From an uncultured bacterium (lineage in GTDB: Bacteria; Oederibacteriota; JAAXVQ01; JAUVAV01): DNA of 64,000 nucleotides. The stretch spans positions 224,001 to 288,000 of the forward strand of contig CAVQBK010000003.1 in the NCBI GenBank assembly GCA_963710755.1. Reading direction: 5' to 3'. Below the pieces are notes generated by a model. The model searched no databases. It was given only the letters and a program-made list of their open reading frames with translations, and was not told where the DNA came from. Shown here one piece after another: positions 19,601 through 27,291 of the stretch. Position 1 is the first letter of the stretch. Each line of letters starts with the position of its first letter. The position numbers were made by a program, and so were the translations under genes.

Positions 19601-21969
19601 AGTTGAGAGAGGGATTTTTGAAAGCCACCGGGGTCGGGCATGGTGGCGAGCCAGGTGGCGCATTGCTGCAGCAGAGCGCGAGACGTTGGATTGGGCAAAT
19701 CTGCAAGTGCATTTTGCCAGACCTCGAAGATAGCGACGATCTCCGGATAGAGCCTCTGCGGTATATCCGAAATGCGTCTGAGGATAAAGTTGATGAGGCG
19801 ACGCCACGCGGCGAAGTCGGAAGGCCAACCGAGAAGATCAGCGAATCGTTGGCGTTGATCCGGTGGAAGCGCACCAGCGAGGATGTTCGCATTCGGAGTG
19901 GTCTTTTCAGCTTGAAACCAGACAAGCACCTTTCTGAAAAGCCGGAAGTCGTCGGCAAAGATGGCCGTCGCAAACTGGTCCTCATCAGCTTCGAACTTCG
20001 CAGTTCCGAGGGGACCGACTAGCCAAGCACGCAGCCATTGTGATCTAAGGTCCGAACCCTCGGTTTTGGCGAGGTAGGCGCACCATTCTTTTCCCTGTGT
20101 GTACTCCCATTGGGAAGAGAGTTCGACGACGCGCGCGACCGCTGGCGGCTCCCCGGAAGCCTTAATCTCTTCCATCCATTGGGCCCCGCGATCAGCCAAG
20201 ACATAGAAAAAGGCCCATTCGAAGAAGATATCGTGGGCGAAGCGGACGGATATCCCTTCACGAGCATTTTGGAGTATGCCATCTGATCTTAGGTCATCGA
20301 TGTGTGCGACTGAAGTGAGCTGGCTAAGGCAAATCGGCTGGCTAAGATTGCGAGCACGAACAGAAGCTAAATTGAGCAGCGCTCGCTGGCGTTCAATTGC
20401 GTCTTGTCCATTCTCATTATAACCGCCCCGCTGCCACCAATTCTCGATCAAATCTACTTCAGATTGAGGAGCGAATGTCGGGGCGCCGGGGTCGGCTACG
20501 TAACTTTGGTTTAGCACTTTCGCAAAAAAGGGTCGTCGGACAATCTCTTTCACCTGGGGTAATCCAAACAGAAGTGGTCTCAGGTGTGGTTTGGCTTTTG
20601 CGAGTAGCTCAGCCTCTTCGTCGCTCAGCTGATCAACGCTAAGCGTCTCGACATTCAGGACATCAAGGAACTCGCCTAACCAATTGCGAAGAACTTCAAT
20701 ACCGGTGTTGCGAAGGGAGACGACGGTTCGCCAGTTGTCAAGCAGCGGTGACTCCACAATGGTGCGGATTACGTCGAGAATGATGGGCTGATGCTCCTTC
20801 TCAATACGATCGATTGCATCGATGAACAAAATGGAAGTGCCAGATGCTCCGATCTCAACGAGAAGTTGCTCCAAGGGAGCACCAGAGAGACCCTGCGAAG
20901 TCGCATAACTGATCCAACTGGTGCCTTCGAGCTGTTCGGCTTTGAGGAAGAAAACTGGCCCGCGTACTAGCGCGCGCTCTACCGCTCGCCTCACTACGAC
21001 TGATTTGCCACTTCCCGGCAGGCCGCGAACCTGGACAACACGGGCTGTAGTTAGCTTGGCGTCCAGGTCTCCTAGGAGCGAGGCTCGGTCGAGCTTTGAT
21101 CCGCCAACATCGTCAGGAATGAGGTTTGTGTAACTCTTTGTGAGTTCCGTTAATCTGTCGAGATCAAGACGCAAGGAGGTCGCGCCGCGAAAGCGTACCA
21201 CAGGGGAGATCATGCGCACAAGCCGCGCGCGGTCAAACTGGCCCGATTTGCCTGCTGAAGCGCGGGCTAACTGAACGATCTTTGACCAAACGAAGGGTGC
21301 CTTGGCTGCGTCATCGGGCACGAGGCAATCTCCGATGCGATTAATTGCATCCGGGGGATCAGTGGCGCCTTCACGAAGGAAATCGAATTGGATCAGAACG
21401 AAGTGCGCAAGGAACCGATGCACTTCTTCATTTGTGCACGGCGCCCCCTTTGCATCTTCCATCAGAGCAACTACGTTGTTCTTGACTGTTTTGAGCTCAG
21501 CACTAGCGCCGCCATCCTTCGCAAAGCGAGCGTTAAAATGATCCGCGGTCAGACTTTCACGGGCCCAATCGCAAAGGGTTTTAAGCGCTCGTTCTTTGGC
21601 GGGGGTAACCGTGCCAACTGCTGACCCGTAGCGGTCGACGTTGATGCGGAAGTCAGCTTTTTTGAGGGTAGCCCAACTGTTGCGGATAATGTCGCGAAAG
21701 TCGGTGTTAGTTTCCGCCTTGCTTATTGTGAGCGAACGCTTCACCTGGAGGCTAAGGCGAGCGGGTTTCTTTGCTGCATCTTCAAAATCAACAATCACAT
21801 CATCGAGCGGTTCGCCGAAGTCGCGCTGTTGAACCGACACGCGAACAACGGTTCGATCATCAATGCCGGGTGCATATGCTTCGGCTAGAAGCGCGGTGAG
21901 ATAGAACGCGGCCGCGTCACCCTCAAAGGTAAAACCTTCACCGCCGGCGAGTTCAGTTGATTGTGGCAT
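16633..21969 (-). CDS. Large nuclease-STAND NTPase (Avs/AVAST-like putative antiphage protein)
   Basis: N-terminal GFTFE...PLDDVIV...LQVK (PD-(D/E/Q)xK-like), Walker A GLPGSGKS, Walker B ILFIDAID, long helical C-terminal region. Confidence 0.75.
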   Translation of the reverse strand: MPQSTELAGGEGFTFEGDAAAFYLTALLAEAYAPGIDDRTVVRVSVQQRDFGEPLDDVIVDFEDAAKKPARLSLQVKRSLTISKAETNTDFRDIIRNSWATLKKADFRINVDRYGSAVGTVTPAKERALKTLCDWARESLTADHFNARFAKDGGASAELKTVKNNVVALMEDAKGAPCTNEEVHRFLAHFVLIQFDFLREGATDPPDAINRIGDCLVPDDAAKAPFVWSKIVQLARASAGKSGQFDRARLVRMISPVVRFRGATSLRLDLDRLTELTKSYTNLIPDDVGGSKLDRASLLGDLDAKLTTARVVQVRGLPGSGKSVVVRRAVERALVRGPVFFLKAEQLEGTSWISYATSQGLSGAPLEQLLVEIGASGTSILFIDAIDRIEKEHQPIILDVIRTIVESPLLDNWRTVVSLRNTGIEVLRNWLGEFLDVLNVETLSVDQLSDEEAELLAKAKPHLRPLLFGLPQVKEIVRRPFFAKVLNQSYVADPGAPTFAPQSEVDLIENWWQRGGYNENGQDAIERQRALLNLASVRARNLSQPICLSQLTSVAHIDDLRSDGILQNAREGISVRFAHDIFFEWAFFYVLADRGAQWMEEIKASGEPPAVARVVELSSQWEYTQGKEWCAYLAKTEGSDLRSQWLRAWLVGPLGTAKFEADEDQFATAIFADDFRLFRKVLVWFQAEKTTPNANILAGALPPDQRQRFADLLGWPSDFAAWRRLINFILRRISDIPQRLYPEIVAIFEVWQNALADLPNPTSRALLQQCATWLATMPDPGGFQKSLSQLLLKSSRSEPIFAADYLQRVANSERIRDDAFHDIIVYSPVLAQSLPQSVVELSLAFLREELPDEQVARERQELHRAAEWRKTVLAKPKAERTRQEQMSLSFGHSLRAIGDFSFHDCERLSIHDDHQSFLPPSPLREPFYSLFKFSPAEALRLLRELCNHAMTAWRQLHCYSRYHENPPGTPIPLELRFPWGTQKFWGTDREYLWFRSTWAPNAIGCGFMALEEWCFTELERGRPVDEIIQQIIEGNECIAILGIAAMLALNTETVSETTLPLFISQRLLAADQHRWEQDIAPTTNLIGFTSRTDKPHVDAIQAANARPVRKKQLSWMVPMFVFATGPIRNQTRNAILDFKNNLPFQYEEQRNIPEVRKHLMEQAIKYAEFTDPHNYQAYRTEKDSDQLTIVHVSPSDAEPENIARVEEATKYLNLTSLWTWACKSFEKKGLNDSYDIQDAIAMAREADANDLFKQPKDENEEVQLGIRRGAVAATAAIALTFRKGCSQEDLKWARDVLKRAILLPEKPDLMQSPSSIIPWHQAIYVARGIAADIRESTAERGAIRDLLGLIAHPLEIVSLAALEESCKLWSKDPRLTWAALVLAFSLCHVPLRPRSQARQHNEALHSMSEAQAAIDAALEFYENGSGWASLPLPPPAWVKVEQGKSRRGHQSYEDIDADDATDAAEAWGEPNVIWHSKQAAKILKHIPFDKVLQSSAMNSLLDFLAGVLDWTNQKNEPAWVKPGRRNKSSTQIFEWTHTLGSRLGQVAGFIPLADFQTRFLDPILNLKGDNCWALLSPFASTYVCAYVYDAPVVPADAIVMLNLCLERLLQDSVFKRDTYRSGELTGFDQPDLVRTLMFVSVEGADLAARYVNGDWSEIDRILPLINRFVRASGWAASVMAPFLTLCERARANYPTEAFADQVLSIINNGPDNLKGWHGTFIPARIAELVQYFAHRDTPMKMALAQKFLRILDILVDMGDRRSAALQLSEAFREVRLAS

Positions 21970-22392
21970 CGCTAGCCTGCATTAATGCTTTAATCATTTT
22001 CCGTTTCCCCATAACAACTTTTTAACCTACCTATAACGTTGGAATAATAAAGCTTTCCCGGTTTGCATTGAGCATAGTTTTTATCACCCTTATATACTAT
22101 GAAACCGTTTTTTACCAAGATTTTATTGAATTTTCCAATGAAATTAACTCCACCCTTGAGCAGCCTCAAGTACCAGCGGCAAATAGCAGTCCAGGTGTGG
22201 TAAATAAAAGCTGGTAGCTTATAAAATACCCCCCCCTATTTCCATTGCTATCTCCTCGACTCTATGGCCCTATGTGCCTGAGTGGGAGAGGAGAGGGTAA
22301 TCCGATGAAACAAACCCTTTTAAACTAGGGGACGTTGGTTCTTAGGATGCAATACGATTGCTAAAGCCTTCGCCTTTTAATACAATTAAAAC

Positions 22393-22575
22393 ATGCCAAG
22401 ACAAGCTCGCCTAGACATACCAGGTGCCCTCCACCATAGCATGATCCGGGGGACCAATAAGTCTGCTGTTTTTAAAAGCAAGCAAGATAAACTCTGCTTC
22501 CTCGAATGTCTCGGTGATAAAATAGTGCGGGTTAAGGCAATTAAAGCAGCGGCGGAGTGGAAGGAAGCTCGTTGA
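22393..22575 (+). pseudogene. RAYT (Y1 HUH transposase) N-terminal fragment
   Basis: MPRQARLDIPGALHHSMIRGTNKSAVF...D...FL; preceded by the CTAGGGGACGTT end at 22325-22336; stops before the HUH motif. Confidence 0.88.
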
Positions 22576-22634
22576 TATATAAAATTAGTGGGAAGAGATG
22601 AAACCAGGGCGTCGGCGCGGCAGTGTGGAATTCC

Positions 22635-22860
22635 GGTGCCAGCCGCCATCGCCTTTGGTTGGTCGCAGAAGTAAATGCACATGATTGCTCATCAGCGCCC
22701 AGCCATAGCACTGGCAAGTGGTTTTTTCTAGAGCAAATGATAATCGTTCCAGAAATTCTCGTCGATCACGATCATCTTTGAATAGTGCCATCCCATTTAA
22801 ACCGCGCGTGATGATGTGATAGATTGCACCTGGTATGCTTAATCGTTTTTGTCTGGCCAT
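22635..22860 (-). pseudogene. RAYT N-terminal fragment including the HUH motif
   Basis: MARQKRLSIPGAIYHIITRGLNG...YGWALMSNHVHLLL; similarity ends near the 13-bp palindrome at 22635-22647; catalytic Tyr region absent. Confidence 0.9.
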
Positions 22861-23007
22861 GTTTGGTTAGACCAGCGAATCCTAATTTCCTTCCAGTTTT
22901 TTGTTTTCATTAAGCTTATAAGCTTACTCCGGCCCCCAACCCCATTTCAACTCTGGACGCTCGATATTCGCGCTGTTTCATGAAACAAACAATGGGTTGT
23001 GTATATC

Positions 23008-23060
23008 TTGACAACCAATAGTGTCTGCGCCATAATTAGATGGTTAGATAACTATCTAAC
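23008..23060 (+). promoter_or_regulatory. sdpRI promoter with palindromic operator
   Basis: TTGACA(23008)-17-CATAAT(23031); GTTAGATA-ac-TATCTAAC inverted repeat at 23043-23060. Confidence 0.75.
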
Positions 23061-23076
23061 AACAAAAGGAGTGCGG

Positions 23077-23385
23077 ATGACAAAGAGCAATGCGTTTTTT
23101 CAAGCATTGGCCGACCCGACCCGGCGCCAGATTCTTAAATTGTTGCAGCACGCCGAGCAAACACCGGGCGAGCTGCTGGAGCATTTTGTTATGACCAAGC
23201 CGTCGTTGTCCCATCATTTGGATATTTTGAAAAAAGCGGATTTGGTGGAAACCCGGCGACAGGGGCAAAATATTTACTATTCTTTAAAGACCAGTGTATT
23301 TGAAGATGTGGTGGCTTTTTTGCTGGACTTCACGGGCAAACCAATAAGTAAAGCCGGCACACGCCGGCAAAAAAAGAAAGGTTGA
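23077..23385 (+). CDS. sdpR: ArsR/SdpR-family autorepressor
   Basis: FQALADPTRRQILKLL...TKPSLSHHLDILKKADLV...GQNIYYSL; AGGAG RBS favours ATG 23077. Confidence 0.85.
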   Translation: MTKSNAFFQALADPTRRQILKLLQHAEQTPGELLEHFVMTKPSLSHHLDILKKADLVETRRQGQNIYYSLKTSVFEDVVAFLLDFTGKPISKAGTRRQKKKG

Positions 23386-23390
23386 GGAAC

Positions 23391-24044
23391 ATGTATACCA
23401 TTGAATGGAAAAAAGAGATTCCGGCTTTTGTTTTACTGGCCGTGGTGCTACTGGTGGTGGGGTTGATGTATCCGGCTTTACCCGAACGCCTGCCCATGCA
23501 CTGGAACATCCAGGGTGAGGTGGACGGCTGGGTGGCCAAATCCTGGGGCAGTGTTTTCTGGATGCCCCTGATGTGCGTGGCCATGCATTTTCTTATGCTT
23601 TTTTTGCCGCTGATTGATCCCCGGAAAGAACGGTATGCCCAATTTTTACGCCCGTATCGTCAAATCCGGTATGGCTTGGTCATTTATTTGAGCTTGGTCT
23701 CCATTCTGGTGCTGGTCGCAGCTATAATTCCGGCCATTCCGGTGCATTATATTATTGCCGGAACCGTATCCTTGCTCATGATTGTGATTGGAAATTATCT
23801 GGGCAAGTTGCGGCCGAACTGGTTTGTGGGCATCCGGCTGCCGTGGACTCTGGAGAATGAGGAAGTCTGGATACGCACGCACCGCTTGGGCGGCAAGCTG
23901 TTTGTGCTGGTGGGCATTATGGGTCTGATCGGACTTTTCTTCAAGCCCGTGGTTACCTTTGCGCTATTCTTTGGAAGCTTGTTGGTAACATTGGTTATTG
24001 TAGTGGTGTATGCGTTTCAATTGTATCGGAAGTTGAGTGGGTGA
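23391..24044 (+). CDS. sdpI: SdpI-family immunity membrane protein (DUF1648 + SdpI)
   Basis: LPERLPMHWNIQGEVDGW; PNWFVGIRLPWTLENEEVWIRTHRLGG. Confidence 0.9.
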   Translation: MYTIEWKKEIPAFVLLAVVLLVVGLMYPALPERLPMHWNIQGEVDGWVAKSWGSVFWMPLMCVAMHFLMLFLPLIDPRKERYAQFLRPYRQIRYGLVIYLSLVSILVLVAAIIPAIPVHYIIAGTVSLLMIVIGNYLGKLRPNWFVGIRLPWTLENEEVWIRTHRLGGKLFVLVGIMGLIGLFFKPVVTFALFFGSLLVTLVIVVVYAFQLYRKLSG

Positions 24045-24094
24045 TTATTTAATCTATTTCTATGCTTTTTCTGCGAAGGCAATGGGACAGGCAA

Positions 24095-24333
24095 GGGGAC
24101 ACCTATAATTTAATAACTATTCTCCATCGATGATAATAGGAAGCAAAGATGGGTTTTCCTTGATTATCTGTGCACCTTGCCGGAATAACCTGCTGGCGGC
24201 AGGCTGACTGATACCCAGCCGATCGGCCAATGCTGTTTGCCGTTCGTGCTGATAGTCGCATGCCAAATAAATGGCCAAACTCCGGGCTTTCGCCATGTTT
24301 CGCGATGATCTGCCTTTTCTATTTAGAGAAAAA
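24095..24333 (-). pseudogene. RAYT C-terminal HTH fragment with terminus
   Basis: Manual translation RKGRSSRNMAKARSLAIYLA...ALADRLGISQPAASRLFRQGAQII...GE* (DnaA-C-like HTH tail seen in long RAYTs), then TTATTAAATTATAGGTGTCCCC. Confidence 0.75.
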
Positions 24334-24378
24334 AGTGGCTGGCACCGATTTCGCTACTCCTTGAGTAAAAAATCTAAT

Positions 24379-24681
24379 TTACTCAAACCAACTGGTCAGG
24401 AAATCTTGGCATTTATGAAGCTTAAATTCTGTAATTCGATATTCTTGAATGCCTGCTTTCACCAATGGATCATCATTACAAAATTTCTCAATGTCTTCAC
24501 ATTTTACTATAATTATCCCTCCTCCAGCACCAACTTTGGGACCAGAGACAAGCACTGATCCGTCTTTAAACCCAATATCAAGATATTCTAGATGTGCCTT
24601 AATCGCTTTTTCCATTTCTTTTTGTACAGGAAGGTTTTCTACGAATGAACCTTCCAATGTGTAATATTTATTTCCGTTCAT
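24379..24681 (-). CDS. YciI-family protein
   Basis: AHLEYL...LVSGP...GGIII...DPLVKAGI. Confidence 0.85.
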   Translation of the reverse strand: MNGNKYYTLEGSFVENLPVQKEMEKAIKAHLEYLDIGFKDGSVLVSGPKVGAGGGIIIVKCEDIEKFCNDDPLVKAGIQEYRITEFKLHKCQDFLTSWFE

Positions 24682-24738
24682 TGATTTCCTTCCAATATTC
24701 TTAATGTATTAGAATTGCTCTGCTAATTTCTGCATATT

Positions 24739-24900
24739 GCCTATAACGTTCCTGGCACATACGATGTTGCGTCTGACACTTGAAGTTACATTATCCTTTT
24801 AGCTTTTTTAAAGCAACAAATTTTTTGACCTAAATCAAGCAAGCAATATGGCGTAGCCCAAGCGACCGCAGGGCGCGCAGCGTTATGTGCCGTGTTGAAC
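24739..24900. other. attC-like integron recombination site (orphan)
   Basis: GCCTATAAC...GTTGAAC ends; paired arms GGCACATA/TATGTGCC and ATGTTGC/GCAATAT; about 160 bp. Confidence 0.6.
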
Positions 24901-24957
24901 TAAACCTTCGGTAATAAAATTATTGCGTAGATTCATTGACTACCTATCATGATATGT

Positions 24958-25176
24958 GTTCTACGGGACGTTAACAACTTAACAACTTTATATTTTTTCG
25001 TTCACAAATCTCCCTTCCTTTTTCGAACCATTTCGATACCGCTTGTTCTTTGGCGCTCACTTAAATGTCTGTCACCCTGGTAAATTCAGTCGTTTTTGTC
25101 GTGGCATGGTGTAATTATAACTGCATTTATTTGGAACTGTCTATTAAGTTGTTATGTTGTTAACGTCCCCTAGAAC
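24958..25176 (-). mobile_element. 219-bp RAYT-derived miniature element, copy 2
   Basis: Near-identical reverse complement of 13955-14173. Confidence 0.9.
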
Positions 25177-25330
25177 TAACGTTCTATTCCCAGACTTTTT
25201 CTTTTTTCATTTCACTTTTTTACAAAAAAAGGACATGCCTATAGTTTCAAGTTAGACATGTCCCCTAATCTTATCCAAAATAAAAACCCACCCGACTAGC
25301 TTTAGGTGGGTTAATTAAAATGCTCTATTA

Positions 25331-25696
25331 TTAACTCTGAAAATAATGTTTATATTTTTTCGGCAACGCTTTTGATTTCGCGCCACCTTTTTTAATCTTT
25401 GAAACTAATTTTTCAGAGGCATCTGGTTTCCTAATATGGCTTTTATTTGCTGACCAAGCTAAAATATCAGATAGTAATTCTTCTTTTACTCGAATATAAT
25501 TCACAAAGGATTTCTTTTTTACAAACGGATGTTCACCCGGTTCAATTATACAAGAACGGTCACATGGCCTATCTTCGCGTACTGTCGAAAGACTCACAAG
25601 TAAACAATGTGTCTCGTTATTACAAACAACGAAAAACAGATGATGGGAAGAAGGACTGTCAGTAGGGATTAAAAAAGCAGCACCAATTAATGACAT
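25331..25696 (-). CDS. Putative toxin partner of Panacea antitoxin (PemK/MazF-like)
   Basis: HHLFFVV...LLVSLST...SCIIEPGEHPFVKKKSFVNY; overlaps the upstream Panacea gene. Confidence 0.6.
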   Translation of the reverse strand: MSLIGAAFLIPTDSPSSHHLFFVVCNNETHCLLVSLSTVREDRPCDRSCIIEPGEHPFVKKKSFVNYIRVKEELLSDILAWSANKSHIRKPDASEKLVSKIKKGGAKSKALPKKYKHYFQS

Positions 25697-26244
25697 TCCA
25701 AAAATTGCTTTGCTTTATTAAAGCGGTGAATGTCCTTTTCAATTTCTTTTATAACTTGTGTGGATTTCCCAACGGCTCTAAAAATATCTTCGATTTCAAT
25801 GGGTTTTGATGAACCTTCGGGGTCTTGCCACTCTTTTAAATACCTATGACAGTATTTTTCAATTTGCCACTGATTAAAATGCCTAAACTTGTGTGAAACT
25901 TTTTCTATTAGCTCTATCTCTCTTTCGCTTAACTCTCCATCCTCACATTCATTATGAGCGGAAACGTTATAATTATTCCGCACTATATGTTTATGCCAAT
26001 AGGAGTCTTCCCCTGGTTTTGGTTTATAATTAATAGTATCCAATATTTCACTTACAACTGGACCATGAGGCAATGAAAAATACCTGTCACAAGTAATAGG
26101 TGCTTCCCATTTTTTCAAAGCTTCCCTGTCTGCAATATATAGAAGCTTGATTAGCTTCATATAGTTAATACGCCCACCTTCTTTTTTAATAAAATGGCAG
26201 GCTGCTTGTGTTGCTTTTTTAATATCAAACTCGAATTGGATCAT
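25687..26244 (-). CDS. Panacea (DUF4065/SocA) antitoxin
   Basis: NYMKLIKLLYIADR...YFSLPHGPV...H...EW signature. Confidence 0.88.
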   Translation of the reverse strand: MIQFEFDIKKATQAACHFIKKEGGRINYMKLIKLLYIADREALKKWEAPITCDRYFSLPHGPVVSEILDTINYKPKPGEDSYWHKHIVRNNYNVSAHNECEDGELSEREIELIEKVSHKFRHFNQWQIEKYCHRYLKEWQDPEGSSKPIEIEDIFRAVGKSTQVIKEIEKDIHRFNKAKQFLECH

Positions 26245-26354
26245 TTTAACCGCCCCTTATTTACCCGAATTCGGCCCAATTTCTAGTGAATTCGCCTACA
26301 CTTTCATAATAGTTTCGTCTCAATAGTTGATATTGTTTAGACCCTGATTTGACT

Positions 26355-26380
26355 TTAAATACCGCTTAAGCGGTATTTAA
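26355..26380. promoter_or_regulatory. Perfect 26-bp palindrome upstream of the Panacea operon (putative operator)
   Basis: TTAAATACCGCTTAAGCGGTATTTAA, just downstream of a TGcTATACT extended -10 on the minus strand. Confidence 0.6.
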
Positions 26381-26589
26381 CTATATAGAAGTATAGCATA
26401 CGCCCCGATATAAACACAACATATTGTCCAGCTCACCCAAGTTGCCTAAAGCCATTTGTCGTATCCAACCAGTATTAAACCCTTATAAATCAACGGTTTT
26501 CCCTCATCCAGAGTGCGCCTTCTCGACGCTATCCATCATGTCATCCTTTTTTGAATTCTCGCCCCTGAAGGTTCTGCACTGTAATGTTG

Positions 26590-26808
26590 GTTCTAGGGGA
26601 CGTTAACAACTTAACAACTTTATATTTTTCCGTTCACAAATCTCCCTTCCTTTTTCGAACCATTTCGATACCGCTTGTTCTTTGGCGCTCACTTAAATGT
26701 CTGTCACCCTGGTAAATTCAGTCGTTTTTGTCGTGGCATGGCGTAATTATAACTGCATTTATTTGGAACTGTCTATTAAGTTGTTATGTTGTTAACGTCC
26801 CCTAGAAC
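26590..26808 (-). mobile_element. 219-bp RAYT-derived miniature element, copy 3
   Basis: Direct repeat of copy 2 with about 3 substitutions. Confidence 0.9.
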
Positions 26809-26824
26809 ACAGACCCGGGTATCC

Positions 26825-26884
26825 GGGACGAGCCTAACTGATTAACTTAAGCTTCTTGTTCCCCACTATTTCCACGCCCTCGCC
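26825..26884 (-). repeat. RAYT 3'-end remnant (shared with 31964-32024)
   Basis: gggacg..c.taact...aacttaagctt.ttgttccccactatttccacg.cctcgcc; encodes GE.VEIVGNKKLKL. Confidence 0.75.
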
Positions 26885-26889
26885 GGCTC

Positions 26890-27117
26890 TTATTTTTTAT
26901 CCGCCTTGCCCGGCTGATCCCCTTGGGTGCTGATATGCACGCCGGGCACGGAAACATCGGTGTTGCCATTGTCATCGGTACTGATATGCACCCCGGGCAG
27001 GTTCACGCGCACGCCCTGATCGGATACGTGGATGCCCACCATGCCATTGCTTTTTGAACCGCAGGCCGCGAGACCCACCAAACTCATCCCCACCAAAACC
27101 CACGCCATTATTTTCAT
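26890..27117 (-). CDS. Small lipoprotein with G(V/I)H(I/V)S repeats
   Basis: Lipobox LAAC; GIHVSD, PGVHISTD, PGVHISTQ; GGAGG RBS. Confidence 0.75.
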   Translation of the reverse strand: MKIMAWVLVGMSLVGLAACGSKSNGMVGIHVSDQGVRVNLPGVHISTDDNGNTDVSVPGVHISTQGDQPGKADKK

Positions 27118-27291
27118 GCCCGCCTCCGAAATTAAGATAGATTATGCTTCTGGTCACATGTCTTCAGTATCGGAAAATAGAAATCAAACTCAACGCTGAG
27201 CATCCGGCATGCCTTCGCTCCACCGGCGAGAAAACTTCAATGCCAGATAGCGCCTTTTCCCCATAGCCTTGGCCTGCTTGCGGAATGCTTT

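Noticed and set aside
22393-22860. Intact transposase
   Set aside because: Both ORFs are short N-terminal fragments lacking the catalytic Tyr region.
26463-26592. Second attC site (ATCCAAC...GTTGGTT)
   Set aside because: Core ends are present but the internal arms do not pair convincingly.
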